In this document: piece after piece, positions 30,937-41,686 of the stretch
How the letters are laid out: each line of letters begins with the position of its first letter
Numbering within the stretch: position 1 is the first letter of the stretch
NCBI GenBank assembly: GCA_963682135.1
Contig: OY821645.1
Coordinates: 1,632,001 to 1,696,000, forward strand
From: Methanothrix sp.
GTDB lineage: Archaea; Halobacteriota; Methanosarcinia; Methanotrichales; Methanotrichaceae
DNA: 64,000 nucleotides
Direction: 5' to 3'
Notes under the pieces: model-generated
What the model was told of the DNA's origin: nothing
The model's input: the letters and a program-made list of their open reading frames with translations, nothing else
The model's database searches: none
Program-made: the position numbers and the translations under genes

Positions 30937-31358
30937 AAGAAATGAAAACAGAGGTCGAGGCGGATGTGGGTGATGCGGCGTAACCTGTGAGTCCGGTGCT
31001 AAAATTAGCGGCAGTTTTGCCGGTGATTTGAGCAAGCCATGAGGTGCTCTCGCTCAAACACCAAAGGTCACATTTTTATAGTTTTGAGACATATATAGCT
31101 ATGGTGAAATAGACTATGTTCAAACTTATAAAGAAGATTATAAAAATAAAGCTATTCGTGATTGGCTTGCTGGCTCTCTGGTGGTTCCTGAAGAAGCATC
31201 ATTGTTCCGACAATGAGGACGAATAGGTATCATCAAGTACTCGCTCAATATAATGTGGATATTAATGTGAAGCCTCAAAGAAAATGCCACTGATTAGATA
31301 CGATACTATTGGTTGAGCAAAAGGTGCTCCTTTTATATTCCAGCAACAGACTATTTTT

Positions 31359-31574
31359 ATGGAAATCTGGCAGATAGTCGTGATCTGTATTCTCATGTTC
31401 CCGCTCTTTCTCATCGCCAACTACGTCGTCGTCAAGAAGGCGGCATCGGAGCGACGCAGTCGCGACGAAAGGATCGAGCGAGCAGTCTCCGACAGCGTGG
31501 CGGCCAGCTACGCAGACAAGGGGCTGGCCAGGCAGAGCTGGCCCAAGTACAGGGCGGAGAGGAAGAAAGAGTGA
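31359..31574 (+). CDS. Small single-TM protein
   Basis: N-terminal hydrophobic helix and charged tail; TATA-like TTTATA about 25 bp upstream. Confidence 0.6.
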   Translation: MEIWQIVVICILMFPLFLIANYVVVKKAASERRSRDERIERAVSDSVAASYADKGLARQSWPKYRAERKKE

Positions 31575-31775
31575 GATTTTTCAATTGTAAAAGCTATCAT
31601 CTCATTTAGCGATCCATCTAATCCATACCGGGAACTGCTTTTCGACTTGAAGAAGCCAATTCGCGTCCCACAGGCGCGCATGCATTTCTGCCCGCGTTGC
31701 TCCCGGCCCGCCCAGGCGAGCTTGGCCGCACGCGCGCGGGGGAGCGCAGCCGGCCAGGTTCAACATTTCTTTATG

Positions 31776-33423
31776 CCTGACCTCCCCATTTTTTAGGCAC
31801 ACATATGAATGGCATCCAGAATTTGACGCTGTTTCTTAGTGATCTCGGTCGTGATTCTTTCTCCATCCGGCAAGACCATGATCTTGATTTTTTCGAGTTC
31901 AGTGAACAATCCCTCAACCGAGTATCTTTTATTCAGCTCGGCATCGATCATCATTCGCATGAGCTTCATCCTCAAGATCAGAGCAAGGAATGAAATGAAT
32001 AGGTAGCCCCTTAGACTACTGTTGGTCCTCAGGTTCGCGGGCATCAAATCGATGTCGTTCTTCAGAACATCGAATCCCTTTTCAACGATATCCTTGCTTC
32101 TATAAAGCGCAAGACATTCCACCCACGTGAACTCGCCTCGATAAAGCAAGATAAACTTTCCCATTTTATTAATAGCCTGGGAGACCGCATTTTTTCTAAG
32201 TGATACCTGAAACTTACCGTCTATTGCTTTCCATTCTATAAACTTGGCATCTCTTTTCGCAGTCGCCCTGAAAACTTCTCCAGGATTCATCCAGGGTTTC
32301 AGGTTCTTGGACTTGAGCACTTCCATCAAATCGTAGAGTCGCTTATAAAACGTATTTCTTTCCTGCTGCTCTCTTTTCTGATCGTAATATGCATATCCGT
32401 TCAGCTTGTTTTCACCAACATCGATCTCTACAGGCATCACAAACAGCGGCTCTTTTTCATAGAGTTTTAGATGCTCTGGATCGTCAATGCTTTTGTGGAT
32501 AGCAGATATCGCTTCTTTGACGTTCTTGAGATTACTCGTTGGCGGAATAATGAACGACAGATCTGCAGATATCATCTCCTCGATATTGTCGGTTGAAAAG
32601 AAGCCTCTATCCATGATCAGAGTATAATTTCTGACGCCCTGTGCATTCATTTTCTTGATAGTATTCTTAAGCGTAGATACATCTGCGATGCTTCCTGGGT
32701 AGAGATCATACATCAACGGTATGCCCAGATCTTTGTCCACGACTAGAGACAGATTGATTTGAGGCAGGTCGAGGCCATCTCGATTATAGCCGTATTCAAG
32801 GAGGCTGATGCTCTGAGAGTAAGACGAAAAGGAGGTTATATCGTAGACTAGCGTGCTGGCTGTGGATACTTGCTCAATGAGTTTGCGAGAGAATTCCAGA
32901 TTCACAGTACCTTCACCGATACTGCTTAGCATTCGTGAAAGGCTCTGTGATGATAAGGGAAGATTCGGATGGTCTTCAGACATGACCGTACCTTCATACC
33001 AGCTCTGGATATGGGTTAGTGCTCGGGGGTGTGTGGCATAGTTCATTGCCAGTGTCAAAATCGGCCGGACTTCTTTACCAGGAAGAACATCAGAGAGGAT
33101 CTTTTCTAGCTTAAGGTCCTCTGTGATCTTCTTGAGTGGAACGAATTCGCCATGCGATAGCACTTTCTTGGGGATTTGGTCTTTGGCGCGAACCTTCACG
33201 GGAACTCCATTGACATTCTTTCCCAAGTATTTGCTTTTCTGCCGAATTTGCTTCTTTTCCTTATCGTAATAAGGTGTAATTTCATATATGTATTCCAGGC
33301 CATTTATCTTTTTGGTTCGAATAAAAGATTTCATGTTGTATTTAGGCACAGCATACTATTTATAGTTTTTGGTCATCGATGGCGAAAATTGATCAGATAT
33401 GCCTAAATTTCGGGGAGCTTAGG
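31776..33423 (-). mobile_element. IS1634-family insertion sequence, complete
   Basis: Imperfect 24-bp terminal IRs (CCTGACCTCCCCATTTTTTAGGCA / CCTAAGCTCCCCGAAATTTAGGCA); 6-bp target duplication TTTATG at 31770-31775 and 33424-33429. Confidence 0.92.
31793..33334 (-). CDS. IS1634-family DDE transposase
   Basis: VYDITS, YGYNRDG..LPQINL, IMDRGFFS, YRSKDIVEKGF; uninterrupted frame. Confidence 0.93.
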   Translation of the reverse strand: MKSFIRTKKINGLEYIYEITPYYDKEKKQIRQKSKYLGKNVNGVPVKVRAKDQIPKKVLSHGEFVPLKKITEDLKLEKILSDVLPGKEVRPILTLAMNYATHPRALTHIQSWYEGTVMSEDHPNLPLSSQSLSRMLSSIGEGTVNLEFSRKLIEQVSTASTLVYDITSFSSYSQSISLLEYGYNRDGLDLPQINLSLVVDKDLGIPLMYDLYPGSIADVSTLKNTIKKMNAQGVRNYTLIMDRGFFSTDNIEEMISADLSFIIPPTSNLKNVKEAISAIHKSIDDPEHLKLYEKEPLFVMPVEIDVGENKLNGYAYYDQKREQQERNTFYKRLYDLMEVLKSKNLKPWMNPGEVFRATAKRDAKFIEWKAIDGKFQVSLRKNAVSQAINKMGKFILLYRGEFTWVECLALYRSKDIVEKGFDVLKNDIDLMPANLRTNSSLRGYLFISFLALILRMKLMRMMIDAELNKRYSVEGLFTELEKIKIMVLPDGERITTEITKKQRQILDAIHMCA

Positions 33424-33915
33424 TTTATGAGTTCTTCGTGGGCTGATTGAAGGGCAATAGTAGGAGATCATGCCATCCGGCTTCGCGTGAGATTGGAACA
33501 GGTCCGGTTTCACGCGAAGGCACGAAGCCACGAAGTCCTGATAACGTAAAGACAATTCTTGCAGATCCATCGCCAACCTGCGACTTACAATGCTGGCGGG
33601 CCAGCATTCGGCAAGTGGGACTGAGACCTCAAGTCTGCTGGCTATCCCTTGCGCTCTCGCCGCACGCCCCTGAGGCGATCCACGGGACTGCACACAGACG
33701 CAGGCACGCGTGGCAGCACTTGGTCGTGCAGGCGCAGCTGGGCACATCTCCCGCCCGCCCTGGGCTGCGTAGAAGGCTTGCACGAGGACGACCGAAAATT
33801 AGCAGAAGAGTAAAAAAAATATAGTATAATTTATAATAAATCTTTTCAGAACGTCTTACGGAAAAAATTAAATAAGATATTCGTATTACTGATCAGTACT
33901 AAAGATACGAAATAA

Positions 33916-36900
33916 ATGTCAGGTTGCACCACATCCATGCCGATAAAATACGATACAGAAAGCCATATCCCAAGTGCAGGCAAATTCATTGATGGAAATG
34001 TATATAATAAACTAAAATTATATAACGAAAGTAAGACGAGTCGATCTCTCTGCATTTCGCTGACCCTATTTGTACTGTTTTCTGCAATCATTCTGCCAGC
34101 CGCAGCCTCGTCTCTGAGCCTCTCTGGCCCGCCCGAAGTAGATGTCTCGGGAGAAAGCACCTTCGAGATGAATTTCATTTCCAGCGATGATGCCCGCAGC
34201 CTGTCTGCACGGCTCTTGGTTCCTGAGGGATTCAGCTATACTGGAAACGCAAAACTCATTTGGGGCGGCACAAGATTATCAGTTGAACCTCAGCAGAGCG
34301 GTCAGTCTTTACAGTGGGATCTTTCTGGTGCGCTAAAATCCTGCAGACACATAATAATCAATGAATGGGAGCCCAATCCTTCTGGCACTGACACCCTAAA
34401 AGAATGGATTGAGCTATTCAATCCATCGTCCCAGGCAGTCATTATCGGCAAGTGGAAACTGATCGACAGCTACTACGGCAAATCGATTTCCATTCCCCCT
34501 AACACAGTTATCATGCCGAATGGTTATCAACTCCTCACCTGGACCAATGGCTCTTTGGTCAACTCCTACAAAACCAGCATTTCCCTTCTGGACCTCGCCG
34601 GCAACGAGGTCGACCGCACATCCTCGGTCAAGGATGATAAGAACAATGACCTCTGTTGGGCTCGCAATCCCAATGGCAAGGATCTGGACAGTGATCAGGA
34701 TTGGAAATTTCAGGCGGCAACTCCAGGGAGCTCCAATGGCGGAAATTCTGCGGACATTTATGCCGGCGAGTCTCTGGGTTTGCAGTTCAATCTTACGGCC
34801 GACTGCAACGCAGCAGGCCAGGCACAGATATCGGCAGAGATCCTCTCCTCGACTGGCAAGACACTGGCACCGCCGATTCCCTTAACCATGAGAAGGGCCA
34901 ACATAAGCCTTTCCGCCTCACCGGATCGATTCGATATCGCCAAGAGTGACGAGATAGCCTGGACCATTCTGCTGGAAAACGATGGGGATGGGACGGCTTA
35001 CAATGTGGTTGTCAATGTGACAATTGATCAGGGCTTGCAACTTGTAGACATCGATTCACCGAAAAGAGCTCTGAACTGGAGCTATGCATCCCTTGCACCA
35101 GGCCAGACAGAGAGGATCATTCTCAAGGCCAGAGCGCTATCCGCCCAAAATATCTACACCAGCACCTTTCAAGCCCGTTGGGGCTACAGCCCCTGCCAGG
35201 AGATCAGCCAGAACTCTGTTTTGGGCGCAAGAACTGCTCTGCAAAAGATGCCAGACCAGCCTCGCAGTCTGGCTGTAGGTGAAGCCGCAGACTTTGAGAT
35301 CTCCGCCGACCTGCCCCGCGGCGCTCATAACCTGTGGATCAATGATACCGTTCCTTCGGGCCTGATCTACAACAAAAGCAGCCTGTCCGTGCAGGGACCG
35401 GGATTGCAGCGCGAACTGGTTTTTGATAATTCCGACGGCCCCCGGCAGATCAACTGGTTTTTTGGGGACACCGGTCCGACGAAGACCATCGAGATCGCTT
35501 ACAACTGCCTGATGGCAAATACGCCCGAGAACCTGGACGGCGCTGTTCTGGGGGGAACTATGGCCAGCATGAGCTGGCTGGAAGGTGCCGCAGGCAAAGC
35601 CGATGCCGACGAGGCCGGGTCCCTGACTGTGGTCGAGCCTGACCTGGTGCTGGAGATGCAGGCCGCCCGGCCCTTCGCCGCCCCTGAGGAGCGCGTCTCC
35701 TTCACCCTTCTCCTCTACCACTCCGCCCAAAGCCATGCGCCTGCTTTTGACCTGGATCTGCAGGCGCTGCTGCCAGCGGGGCTGGAATACGAGCCGGGCT
35801 CGGCACAGGTCCTGTCTGGACCTGATGCTGCTTTTGACGACGAAGACATCAGATGGCAGCTTGCGTACCTGAGCCAGGACTGGAACGCCGACAAAAAGGC
35901 CATCCTGCGCTTCAATGCGACGGCGCATGTCGCGCCGGGCGAGCTGATTGCGGGCCGAGCCCGTCTTACCTGGACCAGCCAGCCAGGAGCGTGCGCCCAG
36001 GAGCGCACTGGCGCAGGAGGGGTCAACGACTACCTGCGAGAGGCCGTGGCAGGGGTGAAGGTCATGAGCCTATCCCTGACCAAGACCGCCGATCCGGATC
36101 CAGTGACCGTGGGCGAGATTCTGACTTACGCCCTCACCTACGAGAACCTTGGCGGCAGCGTAGCCCACAACGTCACCATCCACGACCGCCTGGACCCGAG
36201 AGTCACCCTAATCTCCGCCGACCCGACTGCCGATGAGGACTGCACCTGGAACATTGCACAGCTCGACCCGGACGGTCCGCACACCATCCACCTGAAGGTC
36301 CTGGTGAACGATACCCTGCCCGACGGAGCACTGCTGGAAAACCGATTTACGATCAGTTGCGATGAGCTGGAGATGAAATCGGGCAGCCTTTACACCACAG
36401 TTATGAACGGAACACTTCTATCCATTAACAAGACACCTCTGCAAAAGGCGGTGCGTCGGGGCGAGGAAGTAAGCTACATCATAACGGTCTGCAACAAGGG
36501 CGGCCTGCCAGCTAGCAACGTAACCGTGCGCGATGTCTTTGACTCCGCTGTGGAGCTGATCTCTGTCTGGCCGGAGATGGCAGCAGATGGCGTCTGGCAC
36601 TTCCCTGCTCTCGCGCCGGGCCAGTGCGTGCAGATGGGCCTGACGGTGCGCCTTCCCAGAACGGACGTACTCTACCAGAGCCGCCAGAATGTCACGGGCC
36701 AGGGGTTCGTGCGATCCTACCAAGATTACAGCACCCGCCGCCCGGCTGGCCTTCTCACCAACCGCGTCTACGTGTCATCGGACCAGATGCAGCTCTCATC
36801 ATCAGCTAATGTGAAGATTCTGGCAGAGGAGGGAACACAGCTCTGCCAGCGCACGCACGGCAGCGGGGATTACGAAGATGGGGAAGATCTGCGCTTTCTC

Positions 36901-38316
36901 ACCACCAACAAATCCATTCGTCTGGAGAGAAGCGTGAAGGCAAGCTATCATCCTACAAGGCTTCTCCTACCGGGAAGCGGCTCACAGACGCTCTCCAGTC
37001 TCTGGCACGATGTGACTCGGGCCAGGAACGGCATCACCAATACCTCATTTGAAGAATCTTATCGATATTCCACAACCCTGGAAAGCGAGAGCCGCTATGA
37101 TCTGGATGAAAACCAGTCAAAGATGCAGATAAAGTCCGGCTTTCAAGGATTAGCGCACCTTGGTACCCTGAAGAGACCGGCGCCGGGGCGCAAAGATGAC
37201 ATCATTTCTGTTGAAGACTATGCAGGCGATTTTCAGCTCTCGGAGAGCATCCGCGATCTGGGCCAGGGCCTGATGATGGACCGCTCTGCATCCGGCCAGG
37301 GCTATGTAGCCAAAGATATGCTGGGCAGGGGGCAGAGGAGCTACGAGTCAGGCACCGGATCCTATCGATTGGAAGAGAGTGGGGACACATTTTCCGGCGT
37401 CATGACCAAAGATCTGCAGGCAACTCACCGCAGCCTTAGCCACAAAGTCACGCCCCGCACTTTTCTGAATGTCTCCCAAAAGTGGTCGGAGGGCATACTG
37501 CTCTTGAGCCCTTCCAGCATTATAGCCGAGGAGTACGGCAGTGCCACTCGACTGAAGATGAAGGCCGTGGCTGCCAGCCCCAGGGAACTGAAGAGCCAGT
37601 CCAACTTCTCCGGGACGGCGAAGCTGCGAGCCGCCGTAGTCAAGAACGGGACTATTGCCGTAGACCGCGACGAGACGTTCATGGGCGACTACGAAGTCTC
37701 GCGAAGGATCATCCTCTCAGGCAGCGCCAGATACGACCGACCGCACCTTTACCTTCGCAAAGATGGACGGCAAGTCAAGGACGTGGCCGTTTATACTATC
37801 ATCATCACCAATGACGGCAACACCACCATTGGGCCCCTCTTCTTGCAAGACATCTTCCCGCCCGGTGCCAAATTCATCAACGCCACATTGCGGCCCAACC
37901 AGATCGGCCGGAACAGCTCCAACTGGACACTGCTACATCTTTCCATCGGCGATACATTGAGAATTCGCATAAACCTGGATGTGGAAAAGTGCAATGATGA
38001 GATCATCAACCGGGCTTTGATCGTGGGCAACTGCAGCCTGGGCCAGGTCTTCGCGCAGAACAGGTCGGTCATCGGCCGGGGGTACCTGGGGTGCTGCCCG
38101 CTCCCACAGAGGGCCACGCGAGCAGAGGAAGCCCTGGAGATAGGCTGCGCCTGCTGGAAGGAAGAGGAGGAGGAGACAGCGACCGCAAACGAGACTGATT
38201 ATTTGGATGCGAGGCAGATGCAAATGCAGTGGGGTAATGCGGGCGAAGATGAGGGGGCATGCCCCTTAAACTGCGAGGCTGCAAAAGAGAGTAATGCCCC
38301 ACATGTAAATTTCTAA
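33916..38316 (+). CDS. Large secreted protein with lamin-tail domain and several DUF11 repeats
   Basis: Hydrophobic signal segment; IIINEWEPNPSGTD..EWIELFNP (LTD); repeated LSLTKTADPDPVTVGEILTYALTYEN.G...A.NV.I.D (DUF11); Cys-rich C-terminus. Start uncertain. Confidence 0.85.
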   Translation: MSGCTTSMPIKYDTESHIPSAGKFIDGNVYNKLKLYNESKTSRSLCISLTLFVLFSAIILPAAASSLSLSGPPEVDVSGESTFEMNFISSDDARSLSARLLVPEGFSYTGNAKLIWGGTRLSVEPQQSGQSLQWDLSGALKSCRHIIINEWEPNPSGTDTLKEWIELFNPSSQAVIIGKWKLIDSYYGKSISIPPNTVIMPNGYQLLTWTNGSLVNSYKTSISLLDLAGNEVDRTSSVKDDKNNDLCWARNPNGKDLDSDQDWKFQAATPGSSNGGNSADIYAGESLGLQFNLTADCNAAGQAQISAEILSSTGKTLAPPIPLTMRRANISLSASPDRFDIAKSDEIAWTILLENDGDGTAYNVVVNVTIDQGLQLVDIDSPKRALNWSYASLAPGQTERIILKARALSAQNIYTSTFQARWGYSPCQEISQNSVLGARTALQKMPDQPRSLAVGEAADFEISADLPRGAHNLWINDTVPSGLIYNKSSLSVQGPGLQRELVFDNSDGPRQINWFFGDTGPTKTIEIAYNCLMANTPENLDGAVLGGTMASMSWLEGAAGKADADEAGSLTVVEPDLVLEMQAARPFAAPEERVSFTLLLYHSAQSHAPAFDLDLQALLPAGLEYEPGSAQVLSGPDAAFDDEDIRWQLAYLSQDWNADKKAILRFNATAHVAPGELIAGRARLTWTSQPGACAQERTGAGGVNDYLREAVAGVKVMSLSLTKTADPDPVTVGEILTYALTYENLGGSVAHNVTIHDRLDPRVTLISADPTADEDCTWNIAQLDPDGPHTIHLKVLVNDTLPDGALLENRFTISCDELEMKSGSLYTTVMNGTLLSINKTPLQKAVRRGEEVSYIITVCNKGGLPASNVTVRDVFDSAVELISVWPEMAADGVWHFPALAPGQCVQMGLTVRLPRTDVLYQSRQNVTGQGFVRSYQDYSTRRPAGLLTNRVYVSSDQMQLSSSANVKILAEEGTQLCQRTHGSGDYEDGEDLRFLTTNKSIRLERSVKASYHPTRLLLPGSGSQTLSSLWHDVTRARNGITNTSFEESYRYSTTLESESRYDLDENQSKMQIKSGFQGLAHLGTLKRPAPGRKDDIISVEDYAGDFQLSESIRDLGQGLMMDRSASGQGYVAKDMLGRGQRSYESGTGSYRLEESGDTFSGVMTKDLQATHRSLSHKVTPRTFLNVSQKWSEGILLLSPSSIIAEEYGSATRLKMKAVAASPRELKSQSNFSGTAKLRAAVVKNGTIAVDRDETFMGDYEVSRRIILSGSARYDRPHLYLRKDGRQVKDVAVYTIIITNDGNTTIGPLFLQDIFPPGAKFINATLRPNQIGRNSSNWTLLHLSIGDTLRIRINLDVEKCNDEIINRALIVGNCSLGQVFAQNRSVIGRGYLGCCPLPQRATRAEEALEIGCACWKEEEEETATANETDYLDARQMQMQWGNAGEDEGACPLNCEAAKESNAPHVNF

Positions 38317-38389
38317 TTATCCAAAATTTGATCGGAAGTTAGAAGTAGCTGCAGCACCAAATTATAACTATAAATGAGGTGAGATTCAC

Positions 38390-38623
38390 ATGGAACCCAG
38401 GATTCTGAAGATCGGCGAGAAGGTAACCGGCAGATACAGAGACATGGAGATGGGCAAGAGCCGCAAATTCTTCCGGGTTAAACTGGACAACGAAGAGTTT
38501 TATCTACCTAAAGATGTGGGCAATTCCCTGCTCGCGAGCCACCAGCAAGGCAACGAAATGTTCACCATCCAGCGTCAGCTCGATGTGTATGAGATCCGGC
38601 CCATCCTGCCGGAGATGGATTAG
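38390..38623 (+). CDS. Hypothetical protein
   Basis: Strong SD GAGGTGA; 77 aa. Confidence 0.7.
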   Translation: MEPRILKIGEKVTGRYRDMEMGKSRKFFRVKLDNEEFYLPKDVGNSLLASHQQGNEMFTIQRQLDVYEIRPILPEMD

Positions 38624-38884
38624 ATTGGACTCAAACATTTGGGCATACCCTCCTGCCCAGATTGCAGGCAGGCCCTGACCGGCAGTTGGGCGAGATCATA
38701 ATGGAAGATCGCGCCGACGATTGCGGCCGGGAGCCAGCCAGCCCATTGGCCAGCCTCCCATAAAAAATATCATCCCAAATCAAACGCCCTTTTGATATAA
38801 ATAATAATCATATATTTGCCACTTTCAAATAGGAAAGTTTTTTATTTCTCCTTTGCATACCAGCGACAAAAGGGGGAATTCGTC

Positions 38885-39550
38885 ATAAAAATATCACGAT
38901 TATTGACAATAATGGTATTACTGTCTGCATTAGTTGTATCTGCAACTGCATCGCAAGAAAAATCCGGTATTTCCGGCGAGCAGGCCCTGCAAATGCTCAT
39001 GGAGGGCAACGCACGCTTTGTATCTGGTAATGTCACCCATCCCGATCAGTCTGCGGATCGCCGCACAGAACTTGTCTCTGGACAGCATCCCTTTGCCGTT
39101 GTCGTGGGATGCTCCGACTCCCGGGTTCCACCCGAGGTCACCTTTGAACAGGGCCTGGGAGACATCTTCGTGATCAGAACAGCCGGGGAAGTCATGGATA
39201 ATGTCACCCTGGCCAGCATTGAATACGCAGTAGAGCACTTGAATGTGCCATTGGTCGTCGTGCTGGGCCACGATAGCTGCGGAGCAGTAACCGCCGTCGT
39301 AAAGGGCGGAGAAGTGCCGGGCCACCTGAATAGTCTGGTCAATTACATCCTGCCGGCAGTAGATGAGGCGAGAGCAGCAGGCAACGAGGATCAGCTCCTG
39401 AATAACTCCATTGACAACAACGTCAAGAACATCGTGGAAGAGCTCAGCACATCGCAGCCCATCCTCTCTGAGGCGGTCAATGAAGGCAAGCTCAAAGTAG
39501 TAGGTGCTCGTTACCATCTGGACAGCGGAATAGTGGATATTGAAGAGTAA
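38885..39550 (+). CDS. Beta-class carbonic anhydrase with signal peptide
   Basis: LMEGNARF, GCSDSRV, GDIFVIRTAG, LGHDSCGAV. Start uncertain (ATA 38885 or ATG 38912). Confidence 0.9.
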   Translation: MKISRLLTIMVLLSALVVSATASQEKSGISGEQALQMLMEGNARFVSGNVTHPDQSADRRTELVSGQHPFAVVVGCSDSRVPPEVTFEQGLGDIFVIRTAGEVMDNVTLASIEYAVEHLNVPLVVVLGHDSCGAVTAVVKGGEVPGHLNSLVNYILPAVDEARAAGNEDQLLNNSIDNNVKNIVEELSTSQPILSEAVNEGKLKVVGARYHLDSGIVDIEE

Positions 39551-39572
39551 TCTTTTTTTTGCAGGCTCAGGG

Positions 39573-39589
39573 GGGGCCATTTAGGCCCC
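39573..39589. terminator. GC hairpin between convergent carbonic anhydrase and ftsZ genes
   Basis: ggggcc-attta-ggcccc near a T8 tract. Confidence 0.45.
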
Positions 39590-39609
39590 TGGCGCCCTTA
39601 TTTGTTAGA

Positions 39610-40728
39610 TCAGTAGCGCGCCCGGCGAGGGAGGAAGTCTATACCGTGCCTGGATGTTACACGCCGGTTCAGGTCTTTTCCCAATATTTGCGGTGATGAT
39701 ACGCCAGTGACCACAAGCATGGTTCGCAGAGTATGCTCCAGGTTCGGGTCTATCTGCGCACCCCAGATGATGCGGGCATCAGGATTGATCTTCTGGTAGA
39801 CCTCATCCACCACGGTTTCGGCATCGGTGATGGTCATATCCGGGCCGCCTACCACGTTTACCAGGGCCGAGTTTGCGCCTGATACATCAACATCCAAGAG
39901 AGGGCTGCGCAGAGCTTTCATGACTGAATCGCGTGCTTTCTCTTCGCCTTCTGCCTCGCCCATGCCGATCATGGCTACGCCGCCGTTGGTCATGACGGTT
40001 CTTACATCGGCAAAGTCCAGATTGATCAGTCCGGGCCGGGTGATCAGCTCCGTGATGCCCTTGACTGAGCGCATCAATACTTCATCAGCGACTTTAAAGG
40101 CGGCTTGCAGGGGAAGATTGGGGACTACATCCAAGAGACGGTCGTTAGGCACCACGATTACCGTGTCCGAAACCTCTCGCAGCCTCTTTAATCCGGCTTC
40201 GGCATTTTGCATTCTGATGGAGCCTTCCGCACTGAAGGGGATAGTGACGATGGCAATGGTGAGAGCTCCAGCCTCTCGCGCAGCTTCTGCGACCACGGGA
40301 GAAGCGCCCGTGCCCGTGCCACCCCCCAGTCCGCAGGTAACGAAGACCATATCCGCCCCTTCCACGGAGGCTTTAATCTCATCGATATCCTCCTGGGCAG
40401 CTTCTTCACCGATGGCGGGCAAGCTTCCTGCCCCCAGGCCGCGAGTAGTGCGTCTACCGATAAGGAAACGCCGATCGGCATTGATGTGCAAAAGATGCTG
40501 GGCGTCGGTGTTTATGGCGAAAAGCTCTGCACCCTGGATGCCGCACTCTGCCAGACGGTCGATGGTATTCGAGCCGCCTCCACCGCATCCTATGACACGG
40601 ATAACCGTGGTCAGCTCTTCCAAAACCCCAACCAGCTCTTCATCGCTCTGGATCATGCTGGATGGCTTGATCCTGCTCTCGGCCTCAGATCTGCCTAGGG
40701 CTTCGTCGATGATGTACTTAATCTCCAT
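39610..40728 (-). CDS. ftsZ: Cell division protein FtsZ
   Basis: [33 protein letters not shown]-terminal GIDF. Confidence 0.97.
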   Translation of the reverse strand: MEIKYIIDEALGRSEAESRIKPSSMIQSDEELVGVLEELTTVIRVIGCGGGGSNTIDRLAECGIQGAELFAINTDAQHLLHINADRRFLIGRRTTRGLGAGSLPAIGEEAAQEDIDEIKASVEGADMVFVTCGLGGGTGTGASPVVAEAAREAGALTIAIVTIPFSAEGSIRMQNAEAGLKRLREVSDTVIVVPNDRLLDVVPNLPLQAAFKVADEVLMRSVKGITELITRPGLINLDFADVRTVMTNGGVAMIGMGEAEGEEKARDSVMKALRSPLLDVDVSGANSALVNVVGGPDMTITDAETVVDEVYQKINPDARIIWGAQIDPNLEHTLRTMLVVTGVSSPQILGKDLNRRVTSRHGIDFLPRRARY

Positions 40729-40808
40729 CCCCTCTGCTTTTTTCTGCGTTATTTGCTAATCAATTAGTATATAGTTTTTTGCATATAGAAAAGAAGATGT
40801 TGTCCAGT

Positions 40809-41204
40809 TCAATTGGTCCGCAAGGATTTGAGCTTTTCAATCTGTCTCATCACCCTCTCGGATTCCTTCGATTTCTCACTCTCCAGGTAATCGACAATCT
40901 CAGGAAGGCTCCTATTCAACTTATAGATGCGATACGGTCGTCCCTTCCCTGGATTTTTCTCATCTCTTTCAACAATCCATTCCAGTTTTCGAATCTCCCG
41001 CATAGCAATGCTCACTTCCGGTTGGCGAAGATCCGATCCAATCTCTATCTCGCGGGATGTTGCCTCTGCCACCCCGGCCAGATAGGTCAAGACTTTGGCC
41101 ACGTTCCTTTTCAGGCCTACCTTCATAAGTATGGATGCAAATTCATCGCGTTCGACTCTTAGGTCTGAGGCGGTTGATGTATTCAAAACGGTCACCTTGG
41201 GCAT
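40809..41204 (-). CDS. Winged-helix transcriptional regulator (methanogen type)
   Basis: GLKRNVAKVLTYL...TSREIEIGSDLRQPEVSIAM...GKGRP. Confidence 0.8.
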   Translation of the reverse strand: MPKVTVLNTSTASDLRVERDEFASILMKVGLKRNVAKVLTYLAGVAEATSREIEIGSDLRQPEVSIAMREIRKLEWIVERDEKNPGKGRPYRIYKLNRSLPEIVDYLESEKSKESERVMRQIEKLKSLRTN

Positions 41205-41474
41205 AACGAGTGATATCATATATATATAACCTGGCCTCCCTGCATCTAGGCACACGTATGAAGAGCCACCAGGAATGAGAACGGATGTGGGTTAGGACTC
41301 GGGGGCGTGTAGCATAATTCATTGCCAGATTCAAAACTGGCCAGACATACTTTCTCCATTTCTTAAGAGCTTCAATACAGTATCGTAAGGCCGGTGAGAT
41401 GGAGCAGAAATCTCATCAAAATTAGCGGTGTTACAAAGGCCAGAAGAAGCGAAAAAAATTGCTTTGTAATTATA

Positions 41475-41546
41475 TGCGCCGATCGGGAATCGAACCCGAG
41501 TTTAGGCGTTGGCAACGCCTAGTGATAACCGCTACACTATCGGCGC
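41475..41546 (-). tRNA. tRNA-Gly (GCC)
   Basis: GCGCCGA acceptor stem, anticodon arm AGGCG-TTGCCAA-CGCCT, T-loop GGTTCGATTCC, discriminator A; no intron. Confidence 0.97.
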
Positions 41547-41686
41547 TATCGTGTTTCACGAAGCATCCCCTACAATCACCTTCTAGTCTAAAAACATTGC
41601 GGGTAAAAAGCCCCGCCCTGAGCCCGCGCCCAAAGCTACATACCCTTTATCTACCTTGAAGAGGAGCTTTCTATGGTGATATTCGC

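Noticed and set aside
30244-31035. N-terminal extension making ThiC a 689-aa fusion
   Set aside because: The extension is the antisense shadow of the MBL hydrolase; ThiC homology begins at ATG 30243.
33403-33824. ORFs of 125-126 aa on both strands flanking IS1634
   Set aside because: Ala/Arg/Pro-rich translations typical of GC-rich non-coding DNA; one runs into the IS end.
39827-40759. 310-aa plus-strand ORF and similar long shadow ORFs (e.g. 29065-29913, 35137-35928, 11626-12315)
   Set aside because: Antisense to well-supported genes; a consequence of GC-rich codon usage.
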